Below are positions 29,040-38,684 of a stretch of DNA of 64,000 nt, in pieces. The DNA comes from Longimicrobiales bacterium (lineage in GTDB: Bacteria; Gemmatimonadota; Gemmatimonadetes; Longimicrobiales; Gaopeijiaceae), in the NCBI GenBank assembly GCA_965248195.1, contig CBDFIQ010000002.1, forward strand, positions 416,001 to 480,000, read 5' to 3'. The stretch's first letter is position 1; the number at the start of each line of letters is the position of its first letter. The translations under genes were made by a program, and so were the position numbers. The notes under the pieces are model-generated. The model was not told the DNA's origin. It saw only the letters and a program-made list of their open reading frames with translations, and did not search any database.

Positions 29040-30227
29040 ATGAAAGGCAAGCCCGTTTTCGCGATCACTCTGCTCGCATTCATACTGGCGCTCGCCGTCG
29101 GCCAGATCCTCCTCCAGGAGAGAGTCGAGGCGGTGCAGCAGGCCATGGTCGAAGTGCCCCTGTTCGAGGTCGATCCCTTCTGGCCCAAACCGCTTCCGAA
29201 CCACTGGGTCCTGGGCAACGTGATTGGTGTGGGCATCGATTCGCGTGACCACGTCTTCATCGTCCACCGCCGGGACGCACTGAATCCGGGGAACGAGGGA
29301 AACGTGGGGCCGGATCAGCCGGACGCCATGTGTTGTGAAGCGGCTCCCAACGTGCTGGAGTTCGATGTGGAGGGGAATCTGGTGAATCACTTCGGTGGGC
29401 CGGGCGGCCAGTACACTTGGCCGGTATCGAATCACGGTCTTCAGGTGGACCCCATGGACAACATCTGGATCGGCGGGAACGGCCAGGGCGATTCCCACAT
29501 TCTCAAGTTCACGCGGGACGGCCGTTTCCTGATGCAGGTGGGGGACCCCGGACAGGGAGTCGACTCCAACAGCAGGTCGCACTTCTCTCGGGTGACGAAG
29601 GTCTCCTTCGACCAGAACGGCGACGAGGCCTTCGTCGGGGACGGATACGGAAACAAGCGAGTCGTCGTCTTGGACTCCGACACCGGCGAATTCCTGCGTT
29701 ACTGGGGTGCCTATGGCAATAGGCCGGACGACGCGGATCTGGGCTCCTTCGATCCGGATGCGCGGCCGGCCCAGCAGTTCCGTGGACCGGTCCACTGCGC
29801 GGAGCCCTCCAATGACGGCCTCGTCTACGTCTGCGACCGGACGGCCAATCGTCTCCAGGTCTTCCAGCAGGACGGAACCTTCGTCGAGGAGGTCTTCATC
29901 GAGCCCAGGACGCTAGGCGCCGGCTCCACCTGGGAGATTGCCTTCTCGCCAGACGACGACCAGCGCTTCATGTACCTGGCCGACGGCCAGAACCGGAAGA
30001 TCCACGTGATGGACCGGGAGAGCCTCGAAGTGCTGTACACCTTCGGTGATGGTGGCCGCCAGCCAGGACAGTTTTACGGCGTCCATAGCATCGAGACGGA
30101 CTCGCAAGGCAACCTATACACCACCGAGACCTGGGAGGGGAAGCGCCTCCAAAAGTTCGTCTACCGAGGGATGGGCAGGGTCGAGAGAGGCTCGGATCAG
30201 GGCGTGCTCTGGCCCACGGACCAGTGA
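29040..30227 (+). CDS. Secreted NHL-repeat beta-propeller (peptidyl-alpha-hydroxyglycine lyase-like)
   Basis: FEVDPFWPKPLP, DGYGNKRV, VCDRTANRLQVF; GGAGGA RBS. Confidence 0.85.
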   Translation: MKGKPVFAITLLAFILALAVGQILLQERVEAVQQAMVEVPLFEVDPFWPKPLPNHWVLGNVIGVGIDSRDHVFIVHRRDALNPGNEGNVGPDQPDAMCCEAAPNVLEFDVEGNLVNHFGGPGGQYTWPVSNHGLQVDPMDNIWIGGNGQGDSHILKFTRDGRFLMQVGDPGQGVDSNSRSHFSRVTKVSFDQNGDEAFVGDGYGNKRVVVLDSDTGEFLRYWGAYGNRPDDADLGSFDPDARPAQQFRGPVHCAEPSNDGLVYVCDRTANRLQVFQQDGTFVEEVFIEPRTLGAGSTWEIAFSPDDDQRFMYLADGQNRKIHVMDRESLEVLYTFGDGGRQPGQFYGVHSIETDSQGNLYTTETWEGKRLQKFVYRGMGRVERGSDQGVLWPTDQ

Positions 30228-30266
30228 CGGAAATCGGTTGACGGAAATCGGTTTGACCGGAACCGT
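30225..30266 (+). repeat. 14-bp tandem repeat
   Basis: TGACGGAAATCGGT x2 plus a degenerate third copy. Confidence 0.7.
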
Positions 30267-30447
30267 CATACCTTCGGACTGGACACTTCGATGGCCCAGG
30301 AGGCCTTCGGTGCAGCGCCCGTGCCGTGAGCCAGTCCGTCTCCGTGCGCATCTCGTCGAACCGCAAGGACGACCAAGAGCATCAGCTCGCTTGAATTCGT
30401 GGGTGAGTTCCGGGGCAGTGGCACACGACTCCGTCAAAGTCCGTTAT

Positions 30448-30584
30448 GCGCCCACGAGCGCTCGACTCATATCTGATAAGCGTGAGGTCGGTAGTTCGAG
30501 TCTACCCAGGCCCACTTTTAAGTAATAGCCCCGTAAGGTCTTACGGCCTGCGGGGCTTTGATGTATCAGGAAAGGTCTGAGGGC
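30448..30584 (+). repeat. att site 4: partial left arm + perfect 42-nt tRNA-Ile 3' copy (30473-30514) + class B right arm
   Basis: GCGCCCACGAGCG, CTCATAT, core, hairpin, TGTATCAGGAAAGGTCTGAGGGC. Confidence 0.95.
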
Positions 30585-30737
30585 TGTAGCAGAAACTCCA
30601 CGTCGACAAGTGTCAATCAAGACAACGGGACGGCACGGTTCCCCCGACTGGTCCACGCCCTCCTCCCCCCTCGCCCGAAACGTATCCCCCGCCACATTTT
30701 CCTTCCCAAGCCCGACTTCCCTGGCATAATCTAGACT

Positions 30738-31196
30738 ATGAAGAACGTTCTCCTCACCACGAGTTTGGCCCTGGGCTTAACAGGCTGCGGGGACGGATTG
30801 AAGACGTCAGATTGGAAGACTTACCGGAACGAAGAGTTTGGGTTTACGGCGAAGTATCCGTCAACATGGACAGTAGGAGGCCGGGCGATCGACAATAACA
30901 CAGGTGAGGTCGTCTCCATTTCGTTTCAGGGGCCTCACGAGAACGGGCAACCCAGAGCCTTGGTCCAATTTTCTCTTCAACGGAACGGAAACTCTCAAGG
31001 GCTTTCTATCGGTCAATGGTATGCCGATCAACGCGAAAAAATCGAGTCCGCCGCTGGAGAAGATGTCCCTTCTGGAGAAAATGTCACCGTGGGCGGAAGG
31101 CCAGCGAAATTGATGAGCATTTCAGGACAGGAAAGGTATTTCATTGCCCGAGTCAGATATTCTATCGATTGCCTATGTTTCCCAAGAGTCGTTTGA
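30738..31196 (+). CDS. PsbP-like lipoprotein, 3' end possibly frameshifted
   Basis: Lipobox LTGC; WKTYRNEEFGFTAKYPSTW; visibly lower GC. Confidence 0.65.
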   Translation: MKNVLLTTSLALGLTGCGDGLKTSDWKTYRNEEFGFTAKYPSTWTVGGRAIDNNTGEVVSISFQGPHENGQPRALVQFSLQRNGNSQGLSIGQWYADQREKIESAAGEDVPSGENVTVGGRPAKLMSISGQERYFIARVRYSIDCLCFPRVV

Positions 31197-31274
31197 TCCT
31201 ATATACGAGACGATTCTCTCGACAGTGAAATTCATGGAATAACGCGGGGGTCGAGCCACTCCGAGGGTCGCTCT

Positions 31275-31314
31275 GGCCTCGTGGGGCTTCGATGTAACAA
31301 GAAAGGCTGAGGGC
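31275..31314 (+). repeat. Orphan partial class B right arm
   Basis: GGGGCTTCGATGTAACAAGAAAGGCTGAGGGC. Confidence 0.65.
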
Positions 31315-31380
31315 GCTCCTCCTCACCTACCTCAATCTTCCCAACCGGCCTCTCCCCTGACCGCCACCCTCGCCCTGCGG

Positions 31381-33090
31381 CTAGTGGTGGTAGACGGCGC
31401 TGAAGCGCTCCCGTTGCTCCGCGCTACCTAGGGCAACGAGCGTCGAGCCCTTAACTAGCCGCTGGTCGGGCGGCAGATTCGTGACCAACTGCCCGTCCTT
31501 CTGGACGCCGATCACGTTCAGGCCGGTGCGCGCGCCGATCCCCGCGTCGGCGAGCGTCTTGTCGGCGAGCGACTGCGGGAGCGGCACGTAGAAGAGATCA
31601 ACGCCCTCACCCAGCACGATGAGCTCGCGTCCCTGCACGATCGAGTACACCGTCTTCACCCCTAAGGACGCGTAGCTCAAGACGAAGTCGGCGCCGGCGC
31701 GCTGGATAGCCTCGACGTTCCGCTCGTGCGTGACCCGGGTCAGGATACGCACGTTGGGATTGAGCCGCCGGCAGTACACCGTCAGGTAGACGTTCATCGC
31801 ATCGTCGTGCGTCGTGAGCAGGATGCACGGCGTCTCGGCGATCCCCGCTTCGTCAAGTATGCGCCGGTCGGCCGCGTCGCCCAGAAACAACCGGTCGGGA
31901 ATGCTCGCGATTTGCGACTCCAGTTCCGGGTTGCGTTCCACCATATGCACTGGGATCTCCCGCCGCTTGAGGGCCATAGCGGCGGCCCGCCCCACCTTGC
32001 CGCCGCCGACAATGAGCACCGGATTCGGATTGGGGTCGTAAATCACGACCACTTCGTCCAGCTCCGAGATCTGATCAGGTGTGCCGATCACGACCGGCAC
32101 GCTGAGCGGCGAGAGCTCGAGATCCGGCCGCGAGGGCAGGAACCGCCCTCGCTCCCACACGCCGACGATCGAGGCCCCGGTAAACTCGCGCAACCGTGTG
32201 TCGCGGATGGTCTGGTCCTGGAACGGCGTGTTGTGCACCGGGAACTCGGCTAGCAGCAGGTGATGGAACTTGCCGATCACATTGGCGCGCGACGTCCCCG
32301 CGCTCACCCGGTTAGCGAGGTGCTCGCCGAGTTGGTGGATGAGCGGCAGCACGTGCGTGGCGCCGCTGAGCTCCAGCACGTCGATCGAGTCTTCCGCTTC
32401 GGCCAGCGCGACGACGGGCACCGAATCGGACAGCTCGCGCACAGTGAGGACAATGTTGGAGTTGACCGTGTCCGATGCGTTGGCCAGGACGAGGCGAGCC
32501 CGTGCGGCTCCGGCGGCTCGATAGGTCTCGACGGAGTCGATCTCGCCTGTGAAGACCGGCACGCCGACATCCTGCATGTGCATCGCAAGGTCGGCGTCAG
32601 GCTCGATCACATAGACCGGCACATCCGCCATTTGAAGGTGGCGGATGAGTCCCGGCGCAATTGGATCGTTGGCGCAAATCAAAACGTGACCCGCGAGACC
32701 TTCCGGCACCACCTGGAGCGAGCGGATGCGGCTGCGGCTCCGCTGCTCGAGCCACGGGGCGTACACAACTTGGATGAAGAGAAACGGGAGGATGATGAGG
32801 AGCAGCACCATGCCGGTCAGCAGCACGAGGGTGCTGAACACGCGGCCCAGGTCGCTCTCGAACGTGATATCACCGAAGCCGAGCGTGCTCATCACGGTGA
32901 GCGCCCAATAGACTCCCGTGAACCACGAGTGGTCCTGACCCTCCCGCGCCATGATCGCTTGGAACAGCCAGCCGTAGAGCAAAACGACCGCGACGAGGAG
33001 GACCACGTATTTTACGAACGGCGCAAGCTGCCAGCGCAGTTTGGTTTCCCCCGCGAGCAGCGTGGCCAGATGGGAGCCGGTGGTCTTCAT
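31381..33090 (-). CDS. Potassium channel with tandem TrkA-N/TrkA-C (RCK) domains
   Basis: Filter TVMSTLGFGD; IVGGGKVG; two RCK pairs. Confidence 0.92.
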   Translation of the reverse strand: MKTTGSHLATLLAGETKLRWQLAPFVKYVVLLVAVVLLYGWLFQAIMAREGQDHSWFTGVYWALTVMSTLGFGDITFESDLGRVFSTLVLLTGMVLLLIILPFLFIQVVYAPWLEQRSRSRIRSLQVVPEGLAGHVLICANDPIAPGLIRHLQMADVPVYVIEPDADLAMHMQDVGVPVFTGEIDSVETYRAAGAARARLVLANASDTVNSNIVLTVRELSDSVPVVALAEAEDSIDVLELSGATHVLPLIHQLGEHLANRVSAGTSRANVIGKFHHLLLAEFPVHNTPFQDQTIRDTRLREFTGASIVGVWERGRFLPSRPDLELSPLSVPVVIGTPDQISELDEVVVIYDPNPNPVLIVGGGKVGRAAAMALKRREIPVHMVERNPELESQIASIPDRLFLGDAADRRILDEAGIAETPCILLTTHDDAMNVYLTVYCRRLNPNVRILTRVTHERNVEAIQRAGADFVLSYASLGVKTVYSIVQGRELIVLGEGVDLFYVPLPQSLADKTLADAGIGARTGLNVIGVQKDGQLVTNLPPDQRLVKGSTLVALGSAEQRERFSAVYHH

Positions 33091-33105
33091 GCAGATATGT
33101 TAATA

Positions 33106-33320
33106 GCTGTATCACAACCTGTATCATCGCCGGCGAGCGCTGGCCAGCGCCCACGAGCGCAGAATCGGCCAAATCCCCCTATTTCCAGCGCTCACGAGCG
33201 CTCGGCTCATATCTGATAAGCGTGAGGTTGGTAGTTCGAGTCTTCCCCGGCCCACTTCATAAGCATTAGCCCCGCAAGGCTTTACGGTCGGCGAGGCTTC
33301 GCTGTATCAGTAAAGGTGTG
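33106..33320 (+). repeat. att site 5: long left arm + tRNA-Ile 3' copy (33213-33254, 3 substitutions) + class B right arm
   Basis: GCTGTATCACAACCTGTATCA...CTCATAT, core, hairpin, CTGTATCAGTAAAGG. Confidence 0.93.
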
Positions 33321-33422
33321 GCGGAATATCACTGGCCGTAGCAAGAGGGGGTCGCAGAAGCTCTCCGCTACTGGTTGCCCGAACGACGCTGTGATGCCTT
33401 AACGGCCGCCCTGCCCAGCCGG

Positions 33423-34436
33423 CTAGTGAGCGTCCGACCCGAGGAAGCGGATCAGCTCGGCGTTCACGATCTCCGGCACCTCTTCGTGCGGGTTGTGGCC
33501 GACGCCGGGGATCAGGAAGACTTCGGCGTTGGAGAGAACGTCCACCGCGTGCCGTGCGTTCTCAGGAAAGTTGGGTCCGTCCATCTCTCCGCCGAGGATC
33601 AGCGTCTTCGTGTGGATGTGGGGCCAGTCGTCCACGACCGTATCCATCCCGCGCAAGTTGCCACCGAGCGACCGCACATAGGCCAGCCGCGGCCAGTCGC
33701 CGCTGAGGCTTTGGCCGTACCGGATACGAATGTGATCGATGAACTCGGGTTTCCAGTTCACGTAGCGGCGCACATCCGTGCGAACCGCTGATTCGTACAC
33801 GCTCTGCGGGTCCGGCTCCGCCTTGATCTCCCCGGTGAAGGGCCGATAGCCCCGTCCTGCGCGGCGGTCGGTCAGGCCGATCTGGTTGACCGTCACGAGG
33901 TGCGTCGTCATCTCCGGATATAGGAAGGCGAAGCGGGTGGCCATCTGGCCGCCGATCGAGTGGCCGACGATGGCTGCCAGGGAGATCCCCAGGTGCTCCA
34001 GGAGTTGCGCCGTGTTGGAAGCGTGCAAGCTCATGCTGTACGGAAGGATGGGCTTGGAGGACTTGCCCCACCCGAGCCGGTCCTTCACGACGACCCGATA
34101 CCCTTCGCTACGAAGAGCCTCGATCTGCTCCTTCCAGTACCACCCGTAGTAGCTCCCTCCGTGGAGGAGTACGACAGTCCGACCGTTCGGCGGCCCGACC
34201 GGCGACACGTCCATGTACGCGATCCGGACGTCCTGGCCAAATAGCTGCAAGTTCAGGAACTCTACGGGATGCGGGTAGGAGATCTCCTCCATATTGATCG
34301 AGATGGGACCCCAGTCCGCTGGCGGCTGGGCCGGCGGCGACTGAGCCTCGAGCACGGCGGGGCTGACCCCCGAGGCCACTGACAGCGAAAGCACCGCAAC
34401 GAGGCGTGGGGCCCATCTACGTGCGTTGGTCATCAT
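33423..34436 (-). CDS. Secreted alpha/beta hydrolase
   Basis: Signal peptide; LLHGG, GWGKSSKP, GHSIGG, GHNPH. Confidence 0.88.
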   Translation of the reverse strand: MMTNARRWAPRLVAVLSLSVASGVSPAVLEAQSPPAQPPADWGPISINMEEISYPHPVEFLNLQLFGQDVRIAYMDVSPVGPPNGRTVVLLHGGSYYGWYWKEQIEALRSEGYRVVVKDRLGWGKSSKPILPYSMSLHASNTAQLLEHLGISLAAIVGHSIGGQMATRFAFLYPEMTTHLVTVNQIGLTDRRAGRGYRPFTGEIKAEPDPQSVYESAVRTDVRRYVNWKPEFIDHIRIRYGQSLSGDWPRLAYVRSLGGNLRGMDTVVDDWPHIHTKTLILGGEMDGPNFPENARHAVDVLSNAEVFLIPGVGHNPHEEVPEIVNAELIRFLGSDAH

Positions 34437-34690
34437 TCCTCCGTGGGGCATGGTTCGGCCGACGGGACGCGTAGCAATCGCTTGGCGGTGCCGGCGCGAA
34501 GGCCGGTGATAATAACAGCCTGTTCTTGGACGAGCGAGAGCATCGGGGGCGGACAACACGGCGAATATGGGCACGGTTACAACCTCGACCGCCGCGTCTT
34601 CGTGGAAGGCGTGGTGATCGTAGGGGTCTCCATTGACAAGCTCCTGGGGGCTGCGCTACTCTGCACTCATCATGTGATGGGAGTGGCTCC

Positions 34691-35020
34691 ATGGGCGCAT
34701 CCGGCAGTCTTCTTCAGGGCACCGTCGATGTCCTGATTCTCAAGACCCTCCAACACAGCCCCATGCACGGCTATGCGGTGTCCCGCTTGATTCGCGAGCG
34801 GACGGAGGGGGTGGTCGGCCTCGATGATGCGGCCCTCTACCAAGCATTGCACCGGCTGGCGTCAAAGGGCTGGGTCGAAGCGGAATGGGGCCTCTCAGAG
34901 AACAACCGGCGCGCTAAGTACTACCAGGTGACCCCGAAGGGCCACAAGCAGCTCCAAGCTGAAGCAGCGGCCTGGCGCCGTTACGCGACGGCCGTCCTCA
35001 GTGTTTTGGATCAAGCCTGA
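34691..35020 (+). CDS. PadR-family regulator (acidobacterial type)
   Basis: LLQGTVDVLILKTL, LYQALHRL, WGLSENNRRAKYY. Confidence 0.93.
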   Translation: MGASGSLLQGTVDVLILKTLQHSPMHGYAVSRLIRERTEGVVGLDDAALYQALHRLASKGWVEAEWGLSENNRRAKYYQVTPKGHKQLQAEAAAWRRYATAVLSVLDQA

Positions 35021-35029
35021 GGAGCTGCA

Positions 35030-37771
35030 ATGTCTCGCATCTCGGGTCTACGCCGCATCTTCCGCTTCCCGTGGCGCACGGCCAGCCAGATCGAGCAAGA
35101 GGTCGACGCCGAGTTGCGTTTCCATCTGGACAGGCGCGCCGAGGAACTGGTCGAGCAGGGGATGACCCCGGAGGCGGCACGCCGGGAGGCGGTGCGGCAG
35201 TTCGGCGACCTGGCCTACACGCGTCAGTACTGTCGCGCGCTGGACGGGCGGACGGAACAGAAGGTGAGACGGACGACGCTTTTGGACGAGTTCCTGCACG
35301 ACGTGCGCTACGGCGTCCGCATGTTGGCCAAGAACCCCGGCTTCACGACCGTCGCGGTCGGCTGCCTTGCCGTCGGGATCGCCGCCAACACGGCCATGTT
35401 CAGTTTGGTCAACGCGGTATTGCTCCGACCCCTCCCCGTCGAGCAGCCGGACCAGCTCGTACGGCTGTGGCAGACCAGGAACGGAACCTTGAGGTTCGGA
35501 CAGATTGCCTATTCGAGCTACGAGCTCTATCGGGACAACAACGACTCGTTCACCGGGCTTACAACTCAAAGCCCGGCGATTTTCAACGTGAGCGGGCGAG
35601 ATCGCAGCGCACGAGTGTACGGCGCCGTGGTCACCGGCAACTACTTCTCCCTGCTCGGAGTGACGCCCGCACTCGGCCGCGGGTTCCTGCCCGAAGAGGA
35701 TCAGACACCTGGCACCCATCCCGTCGCGGTGATAAGCCACGGCCTCTGGCAACGCCATTTCGGTGCCTTTCCCGAGATCGTGGGGGAGCCGCTGATCTTG
35801 AACGGCCATCCTTTCACCGTGGTCGGTGTCGCCCCGGCGGGCTTCACCGGCACGCGAATTGGCCAGCAATTCAACGTTTGGGTGCCTCTCGCAATGCACG
35901 CTCAGGCCAAGCCGAGGTCGGCCAGGGGGTTCGGAACCTGGCTCTACGGTCTCATCGGGCGTCTCGAGCCAGGCGTCAGCCTCGAACAGGCACAGGCCGA
36001 AATGACGACCCTGGCGCGCCAACTCGAGCAGGCCAGTCCCGCCGAGAACAAGGGGATCGGGATCCTCATAGTGCCGGAGATCAGGCACAACCCTTACGTC
36101 ATGGCGACCTACCGTAACTTCGCCGCTTTCATCATGTGTGCGGTTGCGCTCGTGATGTTGATTGCCTGCGCCAACGTGGCCACCATGTTGCTGGCCAGGG
36201 CCATGGCTCGACGCAAGGAGATCGCCATCCGTTTGGCGTTGGGCGCTAGCCGGGGCCGTCTGATCCGCCAACTCCTGTCGGAGTGCGCACTGCTTGCGGC
36301 GGCAGCTAGTGCCCTGGGTCTCGCTTTCGGGTACTGGGGCGCGAAGATACTCCTGAGGCCCTTGGTGGGCCCCGGCGGCTGGCTTGAGACGTTGGACTTG
36401 ACGCCCGATGTCCGCGTGCTCGGATTCACTCTGGTCACTTCGCTGCTAACGGTGATCCTGTTCGGCCTGACGCCGGCGATGCGCGCCTCCCGGCCGAGCT
36501 TGATTCCGGCACTTAAGAACTCCGCAACGACGGTACGCGAGGGGAGGTCTCGCTTACGAGACCTCCTGGTGGCAAGCCAGGTCGGTCTGTCTCTCGTTCT
36601 TCTGATTGGCGCAGGCTTGTTCGTGCGGTCAGCGCATCACCTGAGTGAAATCGATCCGGGATTCGACGCCGATAGGGTGCTCATGGCGCCCATCGATCTG
36701 GCAACTCAGGGATACGACGAGACTCGGGCCAGGGCCTTTTATGAAGAGCTCCGCGAACGACTCGAGGCAATCCCTGGTGTCGAAGCGGTAAGTTTGGCGT
36801 TTCTTGATCCCGCCACCCTGGGTGACGTTAACGGCGGCGCTCCGTTGTTGACACCGCTGGTCGAGGGACAAGAGCCCGCCCCGGAAGAACGTCGCAAGGG
36901 AGTGCCCTTCACCCTGGTGGCAAGCGATCACTTCCGCACGATGGGCATTCCGCTTTTCTTGGGTCGCGACTTCAGCGCCGCCGACCGGGCCGCCGACGCT
37001 AGCGTCATCATCGTCAGCGAGACGATGGCGCGCCATTTTTGGCCCGGTGAGAACCCAGTAGGGAGCCGGCTGACGATCTCCGCAGCGCGGTCCGATTTCA
37101 ACTTCGTTGGCCGTACCGCTGAAGTCGTGGGGGTGGCGAAAGACAGGCCGGTAAATTTCTACCCGATTCTGGAGAATCCCGAGCCTCTCATCTACCTGCC
37201 CCTTTACTGGCACCCGGAGGCAGGGATCGAGTTTGTCTTGTGGCCCCACATCCGGACGGCTGGCGATCCTGTCGCTGCGGGGGTGGCGTTCCGGCAACAA
37301 GTAGCAGCCATCGACGAGCATCTTCCGCCGCCCGAGGTCAAGACGGCTGCGGAGTCCATCAGATTGAGCTTCGCTGACCAGCGGATCCTGGTGATCTTCA
37401 CCGTTACATTCGGTGGGCTCGCGCTCTTGCTTGCAGCCATTGGTGTGTACGGAGTGATGTCGCACTCCGCTTCCCAGCGCACGCACGAGATCGGCATCCG
37501 CATGGCCCTGGGTGCCCAGTCGCGGGACGTGCTCGCCCTCGTGATGAGGGAGGGCATGGTGACGACCCTGATAGGCGTGGCCATCGGGGTCGGTGCCGCC
37601 TTTGGGGTGACGCGTCTGATGGCCAGTCAGCTCCACGGCGTGACGGCCACAGATCCAGCCACGTTCGCCGCGGTGACCGTGGGGCTGACAGGCGTAGCAC
37701 TGCTCGCCTGCTACATCCCCACCCGCCGCGCGACGAAGGTGGACCCGCTGGTCGCGCTGCGGTCTGAGTGA
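35030..37771 (+). CDS. ADOP-type duplicated ABC permease (MacB/FtsX x2)
   Basis: ELRFHL prefix, LIACANVA, RRKEIAIRLALGA, C-terminal [17 protein letters not shown]. Confidence 0.93.
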   Translation: MSRISGLRRIFRFPWRTASQIEQEVDAELRFHLDRRAEELVEQGMTPEAARREAVRQFGDLAYTRQYCRALDGRTEQKVRRTTLLDEFLHDVRYGVRMLAKNPGFTTVAVGCLAVGIAANTAMFSLVNAVLLRPLPVEQPDQLVRLWQTRNGTLRFGQIAYSSYELYRDNNDSFTGLTTQSPAIFNVSGRDRSARVYGAVVTGNYFSLLGVTPALGRGFLPEEDQTPGTHPVAVISHGLWQRHFGAFPEIVGEPLILNGHPFTVVGVAPAGFTGTRIGQQFNVWVPLAMHAQAKPRSARGFGTWLYGLIGRLEPGVSLEQAQAEMTTLARQLEQASPAENKGIGILIVPEIRHNPYVMATYRNFAAFIMCAVALVMLIACANVATMLLARAMARRKEIAIRLALGASRGRLIRQLLSECALLAAAASALGLAFGYWGAKILLRPLVGPGGWLETLDLTPDVRVLGFTLVTSLLTVILFGLTPAMRASRPSLIPALKNSATTVREGRSRLRDLLVASQVGLSLVLLIGAGLFVRSAHHLSEIDPGFDADRVLMAPIDLATQGYDETRARAFYEELRERLEAIPGVEAVSLAFLDPATLGDVNGGAPLLTPLVEGQEPAPEERRKGVPFTLVASDHFRTMGIPLFLGRDFSAADRAADASVIIVSETMARHFWPGENPVGSRLTISAARSDFNFVGRTAEVVGVAKDRPVNFYPILENPEPLIYLPLYWHPEAGIEFVLWPHIRTAGDPVAAGVAFRQQVAAIDEHLPPPEVKTAAESIRLSFADQRILVIFTVTFGGLALLLAAIGVYGVMSHSASQRTHEIGIRMALGAQSRDVLALVMREGMVTTLIGVAIGVGAAFGVTRLMASQLHGVTATDPATFAAVTVGLTGVALLACYIPTRRATKVDPLVALRSE

Positions 37772-37837
37772 TATGAAGGGCGCCACTGCGAATCGAACCG
37801 TGAGCAGGCACCTTTGGACCGGAAGGGGAGCCCACCG

Positions 37838-38437
37838 ATGCACGACTTGAGCCGGAAGATTGTCTGCGCCCTACTTCCCTTAGTTGTCCTTGTTTTCGCT
37901 GCCTGTGCGCACACCACCGAAGCCCCGATGACCACCGACCTTGGCAACCAGACCCGCCCTGCGATCTCGGGCGACCCCATTGTGTGGATGGACAACCGAA
38001 GCGGGCTCGATCATATCTTCATTTTCGACTTTGCCGCCGGCACCGCGACCTGGATCACCACCGACCCGAACCACGAAGAACCTCCGGCGATCTCCGGCGA
38101 CCGGGTCGTATGGCAGGACGGCCGAAAGGCACCCCCGGTGGGTAGCGGTGCCCCTGGTATCTTCCTGTTCGAGACATGGTCTGTCATCCACGCCCCCTTG
38201 GAGCTCATTGTCGACAAGGTCGACCAGTTCGTTAGCGAGGGCTTGATAACCGACCCGGGAATTGCCGAAGCCCTTCACCGCTTGTTGGACCAGGCCGCCG
38301 CATTTAGAGATCACGGCAACACCAAAGCCGCAACCGCGACCCTTAACACGTTCATCAGACTTGTCAGTAGGCAGTCCGGAACGGACATTGACCCAGCCGC
38401 CGCCCAGATACTCATCGGGACTTACTGCTGTCACTGA
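37838..38437 (+). CDS. Putative lipoprotein with two beta-propeller-type repeats and a helical tail, probably degenerate
   Basis: FAAC lipobox; PAISGDPIVWMD and PAISGDRVVWQD repeats. Confidence 0.45.
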   Translation: MHDLSRKIVCALLPLVVLVFAACAHTTEAPMTTDLGNQTRPAISGDPIVWMDNRSGLDHIFIFDFAAGTATWITTDPNHEEPPAISGDRVVWQDGRKAPPVGSGAPGIFLFETWSVIHAPLELIVDKVDQFVSEGLITDPGIAEALHRLLDQAAAFRDHGNTKAATATLNTFIRLVSRQSGTDIDPAAAQILIGTYCCH

Positions 38438-38684
38438 ACTCATGCCTCCGACAGCCGCCGACGCTAGCACACAACGGCCGACCCAGGCTCCGGTCCTGTT
38501 GCAATATTCGGGCGAACCTCGGCTGGGGAGCTGGACGCCCGTCCACGGACTCTCAAACCGAAGGTTCGAACGCCTCGATTGAGGAGCAAACCTCGGTGAC
38601 GGTAGTATCGTCGTGAGGAAAAATGATGTTGACCTCTCCCGTCACTGCGGGGATGCGCACCCTCCATTGGTGATCGATTGCCGG

